A stretch of 43,237 nucleotides of DNA from Candidatus Parcubacteria bacterium (lineage in GTDB: Bacteria > Patescibacteriota > Minisyncoccia > JAHIHE01 > JAGLIN01). Shown here in pieces: positions 18,555 through 28,159 of the stretch. The number at the start of each line of letters is the position of its first letter. Position 1 is the stretch's first letter. The stretch spans positions 1 through 43,237 of the forward strand of contig JAGLXN010000032.1 in assembly GCA_023132875.1 (NCBI GenBank), read 5' to 3'. A model generated the notes under the pieces. The model worked only from the letters and a program-made list of their open reading frames with translations. It was not told the DNA's origin and made no database searches. The translations under genes and the position numbers were made by a program.

Positions 18555-18587
18555 AAAAGAAAGGCAAATATTCGCCTTTCTTTTTTT
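18555..18587 (+). terminator. intrinsic terminator after the pilin array
   Basis: AAAAGAAAGGC-loop-GCCTTTCTTTTTTT. Confidence 0.75.
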
Positions 18588-18739
18588 ATAATTTAAAAGA
18601 GTAACAATAACACTGTTTTCTTAATACAAAAAATTGGCTTAATGCTTAAAAATTATGATTTGGATTTTTTGAGTTGTTGTTTTACGAGATAAAAGTTTTT
18701 ACCATTATTTTGTTAGTATAAAATATCATAATTTTATTC

Positions 18740-18771
18740 AAAAAAGAGAGATAAGTAGTTCTCTTTTTTTT
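18740..18771 (-). terminator. terminator-like hairpin after the flippase
   Basis: AAAAAAGAGAG-loop-TTCTCTTTTTTTT. Confidence 0.5.
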
Positions 18772-18787
18772 GGTTGGATTGTAAAAC

Positions 18788-20026
18788 TTATTTAAACTTT
18801 TGATAAATTGTCATTAAGTTACATGAAGTATAAAATAAATAAGTGGCTATTAATGAAACTAAAGAACCTTTAACTCCATAATGAGGAATTAAAATAATGG
18901 AAAGCGAAATATTTAATAGTAAACTAACATTCATAAAAACTACTCTTTTCTTTATAAGTCCCATATAATCTGAAAATCTTACTAGAAAAGTGTTTATCCC
19001 TGCCAAAAAAAAGTATGCTATCCCAATTCTCAATAAACTAACTAAACTTAAATATTCACTTTCATAGAAATAGATAATCATATGCTTTGAAAAAATAAAA
19101 ATAAACGAGAGTATAAAAATATAAATAAGTATTAAAAAAATAAAGTATTTTGTAAAAATTCTGATCAATTTATCTTTATTTCCAGTATCAATTTCAGAAA
19201 AAAGAGGAGCGATTCCCATTCCGAGAGAGAGAGGAATTATATTTATTCCCCTGTTTAAATATTTTATAATACTGAATTCAGCAACCCAAGAAAAATTACC
19301 GAATATACTAAGAAGAATTACATTAACTTCCCTTAATAAAATACCAGATCCGGATGATAATAAAAAAAAGGAGGATTCTAAAAAAACTCCCTTTTCTAAT
19401 ATTACGGTTTTTTGATAACTGACTTTCTTAAAAAATAACCATCTAACAAAAGAAGAGCTTATTATCAAACCAATTAAGTAAGATAATAATAAATACTCAA
19501 TGGTAAAACTATATATTATTGGAATTAATAGTGCTATTACCGATACAAAATTTTTTACAAAACTTGAAATAGCTAAATATTTATTCCGATGTATAGCATT
19601 AAAAAAAGTATAAAAATCTAAATAATAAGTCAAAAAGCAAGCTATTGTAATTATAATCAGCCAAATATTATATGGAGATTTATCAAAAAATAAAAATAAC
19701 AAAATAGAAAATAGAATACATAAAATAAAATTAATTCTTCTAAAATATTTATAAGAGTTTACAGCAGGAGAAATATCTTTGGTTGTTTTGATTATTCTTG
19801 AAATTCTTCGGGCAATAGCTCTATTAAGTCCAAAATCAGTAAACACTTGAATGAATAATATTAAAGAAAGATAATAATTAAACTGTCCAAAAAAATCTTT
19901 TGTAACAATTAATGGAAGAGAAATAATAAAAAGACCAAAAAGAGCATCAAGCAAATTAGCAACAAATGCCCAAATAGTTTCTTTGTTGTTTTTTTTTATA
20001 ACCCAGTTTCTTAACTCCTCCTTCAT
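18788..20026 (-). CDS. Wzx/MOP-superfamily oligosaccharide flippase
   Basis: About 12 TMs; FG.F, DFGLN.AI.R, LN..L..ILIP.YG..G motifs. Confidence 0.8.
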   Translation of the reverse strand: MKEELRNWVIKKNNKETIWAFVANLLDALFGLFIISLPLIVTKDFFGQFNYYLSLILFIQVFTDFGLNRAIARRISRIIKTTKDISPAVNSYKYFRRINFILCILFSILLFLFFDKSPYNIWLIIITIACFLTYYLDFYTFFNAIHRNKYLAISSFVKNFVSVIALLIPIIYSFTIEYLLLSYLIGLIISSSFVRWLFFKKVSYQKTVILEKGVFLESSFFLLSSGSGILLREVNVILLSIFGNFSWVAEFSIIKYLNRGINIIPLSLGMGIAPLFSEIDTGNKDKLIRIFTKYFIFLILIYIFILSFIFIFSKHMIIYFYESEYLSLVSLLRIGIAYFFLAGINTFLVRFSDYMGLIKKRVVFMNVSLLLNISLSIILIPHYGVKGSLVSLIATYLFYTSCNLMTIYQKFK

Positions 20027-20826
20027 AATTTATGATGCTTAATTATTTTTTTACTCCTTAAATGTTTCCAAAATTCTGGTTTGTTTAAACTATATTTATC
20101 TAAACAATTCAGAATCTTTTTTTTATTCTCTCCATAATCCTTCAACATTTTATTTAATAATGTAAACTTATCAAAGTTCTTAAAATAAATTTCGGAATCA
20201 GAATAATCAATAAAATAAACCTTGCCGCTTATTAAATATATGTTATCTGGAGTAAGATCGCCATGAATTAAGCATTTATTTTTTGATCCGTATAGAATAT
20301 TGAGTGAAAAGGAGATTTTTTCAAAAATATTAAAAATTTGCTTTTTTGAGTATTTGCCATGTTTTATTTCTATAGACAAACTGGGCACTTTTATAAAAAA
20401 ACATTCTGTAAAATTTTTATGGAAAATAAAAGATGGAAGATTTATTGCTGTATCATTGTTATAATATTCTGAAAAATATTTTAATTCTCTTTCAAGAATA
20501 TTTTTATTGTCAAACTTCTTCTTAATTACCAGTTTTTTATGAGTATCTTTACTTAAAGTAACTACACTTGGATAATTTCCCGTTCCAATTCTTTTAATTA
20601 AAAATTTGTTATTAAAATTTTTTGAAAATAACAAATTTATTTTAAGCTTAAAAAACACTAAAGCAATAATATAAATAAAGGATTCAAAAAAGAAGAGCAG
20701 TATTTTTGGTTTAAATACTGGGCGAAATAAAAAAAATCTATAAAAGATTTTAAATGTTTCAAAATCATTTCTGATTAAATATTCATTTTCAACTAATTTT
20801 GCAACTTTTAACTTTAGATATTTCAT
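20023..20826 (-). CDS. APH/choline-kinase-like phosphotransferase
   Basis: IGTGNY loop, VIKK, HGDLTPDNI, FIDY. Confidence 0.7.
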   Translation of the reverse strand: MKYLKLKVAKLVENEYLIRNDFETFKIFYRFFLFRPVFKPKILLFFFESFIYIIALVFFKLKINLLFSKNFNNKFLIKRIGTGNYPSVVTLSKDTHKKLVIKKKFDNKNILERELKYFSEYYNNDTAINLPSFIFHKNFTECFFIKVPSLSIEIKHGKYSKKQIFNIFEKISFSLNILYGSKNKCLIHGDLTPDNIYLISGKVYFIDYSDSEIYFKNFDKFTLLNKMLKDYGENKKKILNCLDKYSLNKPEFWKHLRSKKIIKHHKL

Positions 20827-21982
20827 TTGGTAAACACTTAAAAATTTTCTCTGTTACTCTTTTCGCAATTTCTTCTTGTGAATATTTGCTTGTGTCAATA
20901 GATATATAATTTATATCGTTTTTTTTTCTTTCAAAAGCATCTTGCACTTGTTTTATATTTATAATACTAATTTCTGGTTTTCTTTGATACAATATTTCTG
21001 GTGAAGCTGTCAAATAGAATATTAAATTAACTTTCGGAGTTAAACAATAAAATAGTTTATACAAAAAATTATTTTTCGCCCTTATTAATCTATCATAGAA
21101 AAAGCGATCAAAAATAATAATATTTTTATTAGAGATTATCAATTTAAAATAACGAATGTGTAATTCTAAGTAAAATATTGCTAAACTAAAAAATCCAAAT
21201 TTTTTTATCTTACGGCTGTTATCTAAATACGGATTTTTTTTAGGTTTAGTAACGCTTTCATAAATCGCTATTGGAAAAATCTTAAAATTTTTCCATCCCA
21301 TATATTCTACCGCGACTTTCAAACATTTTATTTTTTTCTTTAACTCCACGATAGCAGAAGATTTACCGGAACCATCAACACCAATAAAAACAACTTTTAC
21401 TTTTTTCCCTGGCGGAAAATTTCCAAAAATTTTATACAGTATGAATTTTTTAATGTTTTTTCTTATCAATGCTTTTTTAATTATAATTGGATTTTTAACT
21501 TTTTTAATTGATAATTGTAATTTATCAGACAAAAAATCTGTAGGAATATCGTTATTATTAAGATATCTTATTATTCTTTCTTTTTTTGATTTAAAAAACA
21601 TAAAACCTAAATACCTATCCAAATAACAATAATTATTATTTAAAACATAAATATTCTGATTTAAGAAAGAAACAGAATTATTTTCAATTTTGTTAAAAGC
21701 AATTTTAAAAACACCGCAATATTCCAATCCATCAATATGAAAATCTAATAAATTCAATGCTCCTGTTTTTTTATCCAGCCGGATTACAAAGATATGGTTG
21801 TTAAAAAATAATTTTTTTCTGACTATCTTATAATTCTTAGGAAAATTTATTTTATGAAAATCTAATTTTGATATAACAATATCTATATCTCTGTCTTCTG
21901 GTAATATTTTATGCTTAAGATATATTTTTTCTAAGCTTAACTCTTTTCTAATATCAAATAAAGTTTCTTTATCGTTTTTCAT
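20789..21982 (-). CDS. putative NTase-like + thymidylate-kinase-like P-loop fusion
   Basis: N-terminal DIDIVI; GVDGSGKS, YMG, DRFFYD, ILYQRK. Confidence 0.65.
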   Translation of the reverse strand: MKNDKETLFDIRKELSLEKIYLKHKILPEDRDIDIVISKLDFHKINFPKNYKIVRKKLFFNNHIFVIRLDKKTGALNLLDFHIDGLEYCGVFKIAFNKIENNSVSFLNQNIYVLNNNYCYLDRYLGFMFFKSKKERIIRYLNNNDIPTDFLSDKLQLSIKKVKNPIIIKKALIRKNIKKFILYKIFGNFPPGKKVKVVFIGVDGSGKSSAIVELKKKIKCLKVAVEYMGWKNFKIFPIAIYESVTKPKKNPYLDNSRKIKKFGFFSLAIFYLELHIRYFKLIISNKNIIIFDRFFYDRLIRAKNNFLYKLFYCLTPKVNLIFYLTASPEILYQRKPEISIINIKQVQDAFERKKNDINYISIDTSKYSQEEIAKRVTEKIFKCLPNEISKVKSCKIS

Positions 21983-23147
21983 TATGTTTGCTTATATTCA
22001 TATAAATTTTCGATGTTTCATCAACCATTTTCTCTACTGAAAAATATTTCGCTGTTTTCAATCCATTTTCTACAAACTTTTTTCTTATATTATTATTATC
22101 TAACAAAATAGAAATTTTATCAGCCAAATTTTTATAATCTTTTTTATTTATTAAAAATCCATTCTTATCGTCTTTGATTAGCTCTTTTGTTCCTCCAACG
22201 TTTCCTCCAATTACAGGAGTTCCGCAAACCATTGCTTCTAAAAATGTTATACCAAAACCCTCTCTTAAAGATGGCATGACATAAATTGAAGCTTTTTTCA
22301 TTTTATCCAAAACATATTCATTTGATTTTCTACCCTTAAATTCTACTCGTTTTTTTAAACCCATTTTATCTATAAAACCTTCAAGATATTCCTGATTTAT
22401 GTCTTGTCCAATAATAATAATTTGTAAATCAGAATATTTTTCTTTTATCAAAGAGAAAGCTTTAAATAAAGTAATAACGCCTTTCCTTTGTAAATTATTC
22501 CCTATTATCAAAATAAATTTTTCTTTTTTACTTTTGTGATTTTCAAAATTTAAAGAAATTCCATTATAAACAACCAGCGTTTTTATCTTGTCTATTTTAT
22601 AAACATCAACTATCTTTTTTTGAACATGGCCAGAAACAGAAATTATAAAATCCAGATTTTTTAAACAAATTTTTTCTATTATATTAACAAAATTATAATA
22701 AAAATACCTTTTAATCCAGTCATTATATAATTTTTTATAGAAGAATGGGTTGCAATTAGCTTCCATAAAAGTATAATCATGCATTGTCCCAATTATTACG
22801 GCTCTATTTTTCTTATAATGAAAAAGGTTAGTCCAAAAAAATTCTCTTGCGTCGGTAAAATGAATAATATCAATTTTTTCTTTTTTTATTAACCTTTTTA
22901 ATGCAAGAAAAAACTGAAAAGACAAAGTAAACCAATTTCCATGAGATGGATCGCATTTACATCTTTTTATTTCTATTAATTTGACATTTAGACTTATAAA
23001 CTCCCTTTTTTTTTCTTTCGGACATATAACAGTAACTTTATGTCCTTGCTCCGCGACTGAATTTATCAAGTTTGTAGAATAAGTCCCAACTCCGCTTGCA
23101 AAATTACCGTACTGCTGAGTTAAATAACATATATTTAGCTTTTTCAT
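21969..23147 (-). CDS. GT4 glycosyltransferase
   Basis: SGVGTY, MHD, RKG, EGFGITFLEAM. Confidence 0.9.
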   Translation of the reverse strand: MKKLNICYLTQQYGNFASGVGTYSTNLINSVAEQGHKVTVICPKEKKREFISLNVKLIEIKRCKCDPSHGNWFTLSFQFFLALKRLIKKEKIDIIHFTDAREFFWTNLFHYKKNRAVIIGTMHDYTFMEANCNPFFYKKLYNDWIKRYFYYNFVNIIEKICLKNLDFIISVSGHVQKKIVDVYKIDKIKTLVVYNGISLNFENHKSKKEKFILIIGNNLQRKGVITLFKAFSLIKEKYSDLQIIIIGQDINQEYLEGFIDKMGLKKRVEFKGRKSNEYVLDKMKKASIYVMPSLREGFGITFLEAMVCGTPVIGGNVGGTKELIKDDKNGFLINKKDYKNLADKISILLDNNNIRKKFVENGLKTAKYFSVEKMVDETSKIYMNISKHNEKR

Positions 23148-23171
23148 TATTATATTTTATTTGCCTTTCAA

Positions 23172-24323
23172 TTATTTTTTCAAATCAATAATTATATCTG
23201 CAACCATTTTTCCTATTTTCTCAGAGTTTAAATCTTTTTGAAAAAGAAAATAACTATTTTCAGCTATTTTATTTTTTAATTCGTTGTCATTCTTTATTTC
23301 CAAAATCGCATTCTTTAAAGATTCCGCATTCCTATTTTCACAAAGCAAAATATTTTCCTTATCTGTAAATAATTCTCTTATCGCAGAAGAATCACCAGTA
23401 ATTACGGCTTTTTTACAAGCAATCGCCTGAAAAACCTTGTTTGGAATAACTCTTGACGATTTATTTGTGCCTCCGAAAATTCCTAAAATTACATCGGCTT
23501 TATTTATTTCATTTATCAGTTCATTGTACTCTATCCACTTTACAAAATCAATATTTTTAATCTTTAATTTTTTTCTTAAATTCATTATTTCCTCATCAAG
23601 CTGTCCGCTTCCAATTATCTTAATTTTAACACTTTTATCCTCATTTTCTAAAAATTTTGCGGCTTTTATAATATATTCAAGCCCATGAAGCGGGATATAT
23701 TTTCCGATAAATAAAACCGTAAAAACTCCTCCTAATCTCCCCTTATCGGAGGGGGAACATCGCGGAAAAAAAATATCTTCATCGGCTCCGACCCAAACTC
23801 TCTTAAATTTGCTTTTATCTAAGCTAAATAAGTTGCTTATGTAATTTATATGCTCATTTGTGTCAAAAATAATTATATCAGCCATTTTGAAAGAAAATCT
23901 ATCAATGTAGAATAGAAGCTTAGCAAATAGATTATTTTTACTGGAAAGACCTCTATCAGCAATCACCGTATCATAGAGAGATACAAGAGGAACGAATAAT
24001 ATTTTAGGCTTATTTTTTTTGAATAATAATAACGCTTTAAGAAAAAAAATGTCCAGTTGTCCGATATATCCGACAATAATCACATTAACATTTCTGCACT
24101 TAGAAAAAAACACAAAACAAAGCCTTGCGTAAGCAGATACTAAACCAACAGCCAGCTTAAACATAGAAAATAATTTTAAAAAATTGCCGTGCTTATTTCT
24201 ATATTTTTCCCATAAAGAAACATGGCATTCAACAATGTCTATGCCATTTTTCTTTAATCCCTTTATTATTATACGATTTGAGGGATAATTCTTTTCATAT
24301 GTTCCAAAAAAACATACCTTCAT
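23172..24323 (-). CDS. GT4 glycosyltransferase
   Basis: G.YIPLHG, LGIFG, VIPNKVFQAIA; GT-B layout. Confidence 0.85.
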   Translation of the reverse strand: MKVCFFGTYEKNYPSNRIIIKGLKKNGIDIVECHVSLWEKYRNKHGNFLKLFSMFKLAVGLVSAYARLCFVFFSKCRNVNVIIVGYIGQLDIFFLKALLLFKKNKPKILFVPLVSLYDTVIADRGLSSKNNLFAKLLFYIDRFSFKMADIIIFDTNEHINYISNLFSLDKSKFKRVWVGADEDIFFPRCSPSDKGRLGGVFTVLFIGKYIPLHGLEYIIKAAKFLENEDKSVKIKIIGSGQLDEEIMNLRKKLKIKNIDFVKWIEYNELINEINKADVILGIFGGTNKSSRVIPNKVFQAIACKKAVITGDSSAIRELFTDKENILLCENRNAESLKNAILEIKNDNELKNKIAENSYFLFQKDLNSEKIGKMVADIIIDLKK

Positions 24324-24325
24324 AA

Positions 24326-25276
24326 TTAACTTTTTATAATTTTCTTAATCTTTAGTGATTCATCTTCTTTGGCATAATTTTTAACAAACATTTCTCCGAT
24401 CAACCCTAAAGATATAAGCTGAACGCCAACCATTATAAGAAGAATTCCGGCAATAAAAAGAGGCAATCTGTTTTGAATTGAACCAAAGACAAGTCGCAAA
24501 TAAGTTATATACAAACTAATGGCAAATCCAGATCCAAAAGCCACGGTACCCAATCCTCCGAAAAAGTGAGCTGGTCTTTTGAAATACTTAGTCAAAACCA
24601 TAACTGTAAGCAAGTCTAAAAAACCATTTAAAAATCTAATTGGACCGTATTTAGATTTTCCGAACTTTCTTTTTCTGTGATGAATAGGAATTTCAGCTAT
24701 TTTATATCCTTGATTTCTGGCTATAACGGGAATATACCGGTGAAGCTGACCGTATAAATCCAGACCTTTAGCAACTTCGCTCTTATATGCTTTAAAACCG
24801 CAATTAAAATCATGAAGCTGGACTCTGGAAAATAAAGAAGTAACAAAATTAAAAAATTTTGAACTTGTATTCTTTATAAACGAGTCTTTACGATTTTGTT
24901 TCCAACCAGATACAAGATCATAACCCTCGTTTATTTTAGCGATAAAATTCGAAATTTCTTTCGGATCGTCTTGAAGATCGGCATCCATTGTAAAAATAAT
25001 TTTCCCGCGCGCCTCGCTAAAACCAGCTTCTAATGCTGAAGCTTTTCCAAAATTAGACCTAAATTGAATTCCTCTGATATGAACATAATCGTCCTGAAAT
25101 AGCTTCTCAATAACTTCCTGTGTTTTGTCACTACTTCCGTCATTTACAATTATTATTTCATAATCACCAGTAATATTTTTCATAACAGAAGTTATCTCAT
25201 CGCGTAGTAACGGCAAATTTTCAGCTTCATTATAAGCGGGAATAATTATGGATATTTCTTTTTTATTATTGTTCAT
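24326..25276 (-). CDS. GT2 polyprenyl-phosphate glycosyltransferase (ArnC/GtrB-like)
   Basis: IPAYNE, DGSSD, NFGK, MDADLQDDP, DFNCGFK, HRYIP; two C-terminal TMs; start moved to ATG 25276. Confidence 0.9.
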   Translation of the reverse strand: MNNNKKEISIIIPAYNEAENLPLLRDEITSVMKNITGDYEIIIVNDGSSDKTQEVIEKLFQDDYVHIRGIQFRSNFGKASALEAGFSEARGKIIFTMDADLQDDPKEISNFIAKINEGYDLVSGWKQNRKDSFIKNTSSKFFNFVTSLFSRVQLHDFNCGFKAYKSEVAKGLDLYGQLHRYIPVIARNQGYKIAEIPIHHRKRKFGKSKYGPIRFLNGFLDLLTVMVLTKYFKRPAHFFGGLGTVAFGSGFAISLYITYLRLVFGSIQNRLPLFIAGILLIMVGVQLISLGLIGEMFVKNYAKEDESLKIKKIIKS

Positions 25277-25329
25277 TATATACAGTATTATTTTAAATTT
25301 GTACAAAATTTTGTTATTCTAAGCCTAAT

Positions 25330-25510
25330 TGTCATCCTGAACTTGTTTCAGGATCTTTGTTGTTTTGGGTTTAATTTATATTTATAATGCTAAAAGTTAT
25401 ATTACAGCTATTGTGTTTTCAATTTAATAAAAACTTATGATGTTTTGTAGGTTTGTTTAACATAATAGTCAGTAGATTCTGATCCCGAAATACTTCGGGA
25501 CAGAATGACA
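25330..25510. mobile_element. TGTCAT...ATGACA element with nested 18-bp palindrome
   Basis: TGTCATCCTGAACTTGTTTCAGGATCT ... AGATTCTGA[TCCCGAAATACTTCGGGA]CAGAATGACA. Confidence 0.7.
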
Positions 25511-25586
25511 ACTTTTTGCAGATGAGTTGAAATAAGAAAACTCTAAATTCACAATATCTTAAATATTCAAATTCCTTAGCAATAAA

Positions 25587-27227
25587 TCATTTATTAAATG
25601 ACAGTCTAAATATTTTAATTGGTTTAATAGAATCATCTTCATAAAAAAGCTCGATATTCTCAGAATATTCATCTAAGCTCGCTAATTCTTCATAATTTCC
25701 CCTTATTCCAAGATATCTCTTGTCAATTATAATATAGCTAACATTTTGAGCTTTGGCAAATTTTATTACATTTTCAGCAGATGTGTATGGAATTCCAGCG
25801 CCTCTTGTCTTGCTTTGAGAGTAAAAAGAAATAAACGGTTTCCTGGACATTATAATATCTTCTTTTGAATTATAAGATGGATTATTTTTCAGGCATTCAC
25901 CTGCGATCTTATGTTCTGTCGGATAATTAAAAGTAAAATGCAAATAATATGAGATAGCTCCAATAAAATTAACAAAAATTAATATCACAACCAACAATCT
26001 TAGAGCCGTAAAAAAATGTCTGATGTTAAACCTTATACCTTTGACTGTTAATAAAATGGATTTAGTGCACAAAGAACAGCCAACTGAAGCTAATAAAATT
26101 ATAAATATCATTACTTGAAGAATATATCTGCTTTCAATGTGAAATATCGGAAAAACTGATAAAAAAACAATTGGAAAGAACGACAATATGAATATTTTTT
26201 TAAACAACTTTTTTGCCATAAGTGAAAAAAATAAAAGCGCGCTGATTGGAATCAGAAAAATATCAACTGAATACATATCAATCAATATTTTAATTTCAGA
26301 TAAAATTCCTTTCATATATCTATCCAAAAAATCAGTTGGATTGTTAAAAATATATTCTTTTAGGCTGACATTTGCAAATTCTTCAGAAAGTTTGATAGAA
26401 TTAGTTTTCTCATCATAATTTGAAAAAGTTTGCTCGTAAAAAATAGCATCGTCTTTATTTATTTTTCCAAAATCTTTTCCATCAAGAATTGCGCCTGTTA
26501 TTAGATTTGGAGCTGATTTGGCGGTCAGACTGACTTCTCCAGTATGCTGATATAAAAAAAATATATATGGAGCAATAATAAGAACAAAGGAAAAAACAAC
26601 AATCAAAAAACTTTCCATTGCTTTTTTTGTTCCCAATTTCCTTTTTTTAAAAATAAAAAGTAAAAATGGAAAAGCTAAAAAAATTATCCCCTCAGGCTTA
26701 ATTAAATAAGCATATCCTATAACAAAACCTAACATAACAGCCAGCCAAATTTTATATTGATCTAGAAGCTTTAAATATATATAAATTATCAATAAAATAA
26801 AAAATAAATACAACGATTCAGACCAGCTTTCATTAGACAATATTATAAACATATGATGAGTCGCCGCGAAAAAAGCGGCAAAAAGTCCGGCTGTTTTGTT
26901 AAACATTTTTTTTCCAACCAGATAAAAAAGATAGACTGCTAAAAAACCAAAAATAAAAGAAATAAATCTGGCAGAAAAAAGCAGATTATCAAAAAAGTAG
27001 TCTGCAATTCCTATAAAAACTGGATACCCCGGAGAAAATATAGTTTCTGGATTGCCAAAAACTTCATATTTTCCGTTTTCAATCAGATTTTTTCCCGCTA
27101 TTGCGTATCTCACTCCGTCAGTAGTGATAAACCCTTCCTGAGAAAAAAAATAAAGCCTTGAGAAAAAAGCTACGGATAGAATTAGAATAAGTATTATTGT
27201 ATTACTATGCTTTTTAAAATAATTCAT
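25587..27227 (-). CDS. GT-C (PMT/ArnT-like) membrane glycosyltransferase
   Basis: TDGVRY after TM1, PGYP, SESLY, IKPEG, RY; many TMs. Confidence 0.8.
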   Translation of the reverse strand: MNYFKKHSNTIILILILSVAFFSRLYFFSQEGFITTDGVRYAIAGKNLIENGKYEVFGNPETIFSPGYPVFIGIADYFFDNLLFSARFISFIFGFLAVYLFYLVGKKMFNKTAGLFAAFFAATHHMFIILSNESWSESLYLFFILLIIYIYLKLLDQYKIWLAVMLGFVIGYAYLIKPEGIIFLAFPFLLFIFKKRKLGTKKAMESFLIVVFSFVLIIAPYIFFLYQHTGEVSLTAKSAPNLITGAILDGKDFGKINKDDAIFYEQTFSNYDEKTNSIKLSEEFANVSLKEYIFNNPTDFLDRYMKGILSEIKILIDMYSVDIFLIPISALLFFSLMAKKLFKKIFILSFFPIVFLSVFPIFHIESRYILQVMIFIILLASVGCSLCTKSILLTVKGIRFNIRHFFTALRLLVVILIFVNFIGAISYYLHFTFNYPTEHKIAGECLKNNPSYNSKEDIIMSRKPFISFYSQSKTRGAGIPYTSAENVIKFAKAQNVSYIIIDKRYLGIRGNYEELASLDEYSENIELFYEDDSIKPIKIFRLSFNK

Positions 27228-27958
27228 TATTTATTATATTTTTTCGTTAATAGATTTATCTTTATTTTTAAGAGTTCTTTAAAGGTAAATAAATAATCCT
27301 TGTAACGCACTCTTGTTTCTTTTCTGTTTTCCCAAATCACGGGAACAGTTTTTATTTTATATCCAAATTTATTTGCAATGGCTAATATTTCAATATCAAA
27401 ACCCCAACGATCAATTGTTAGTTTTGGAAAAATATTTTTTACAAAATTAGACGAAAAACATTTAAAACCGCACTGTGTATCGCTTATTTTGGATACTACG
27501 AAGAGTTTTATTAATTTATTTCCAATATTCCCAAACAATTCTTTATAAAACGGCTGGTGCTTTTTAATTTTACTATTTTTAAGCGCCCTGTTTCCTATTA
27601 TAATATCACAACCATTTTCTAAAAATGGAATAAAGTTTGCAAATTGATCTATGCTCGTTGAATTATCAGCATCCATAAATAATCTAAATTTTCCTTTTGC
27701 AAACAGCATCCCCCTTTTTACGGAATATCCTTTGCCTCGATTTTTATCATTTTTAATAATAGCCAAATTCTTAAAATCTGATTGTAGGCTTTTGACTATA
27801 GAAAATGTTTTGTCTCCTGAACCATCATCTACGACAACTATTTCATAATTATATTTTTGTTCAGAAAGAAAATTTTCTATTTCAATCAAAGTGCTTTTTA
27901 TTAATTTTTCTTCATTATATGCCGGCATAACCACCGATAAATATATTTCTTCTTTCAT
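27227..27958 (-). CDS. GT2 dolichyl-phosphate glucosyltransferase-like (DPG synthase)
   Basis: PAYNEE, DDGS.D, NRGKG, FMDADNS, DTQCGFK, WGFDIE. Confidence 0.9.
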   Translation of the reverse strand: MKEEIYLSVVMPAYNEEKLIKSTLIEIENFLSEQKYNYEIVVVDDGSGDKTFSIVKSLQSDFKNLAIIKNDKNRGKGYSVKRGMLFAKGKFRLFMDADNSTSIDQFANFIPFLENGCDIIIGNRALKNSKIKKHQPFYKELFGNIGNKLIKLFVVSKISDTQCGFKCFSSNFVKNIFPKLTIDRWGFDIEILAIANKFGYKIKTVPVIWENRKETRVRYKDYLFTFKELLKIKINLLTKKYNK

Positions 27959-28159
27959 TGCTTTATTTTAATATTACCTTGAATTACGGAACTCTTACAA
28001 TTTGTTCGTTTAGTGTGAATATTAGCTCAATTAGTGTTTATTATAGAAGGCACTAATAAAACTAATATTTACACGAAGGTAACTAAAACTAAAATTTCGT
28101 AATCCAAAGAAATTAGTTAAACCATAGAACAATACAACAATTTTATTCTTCAATTTTAC

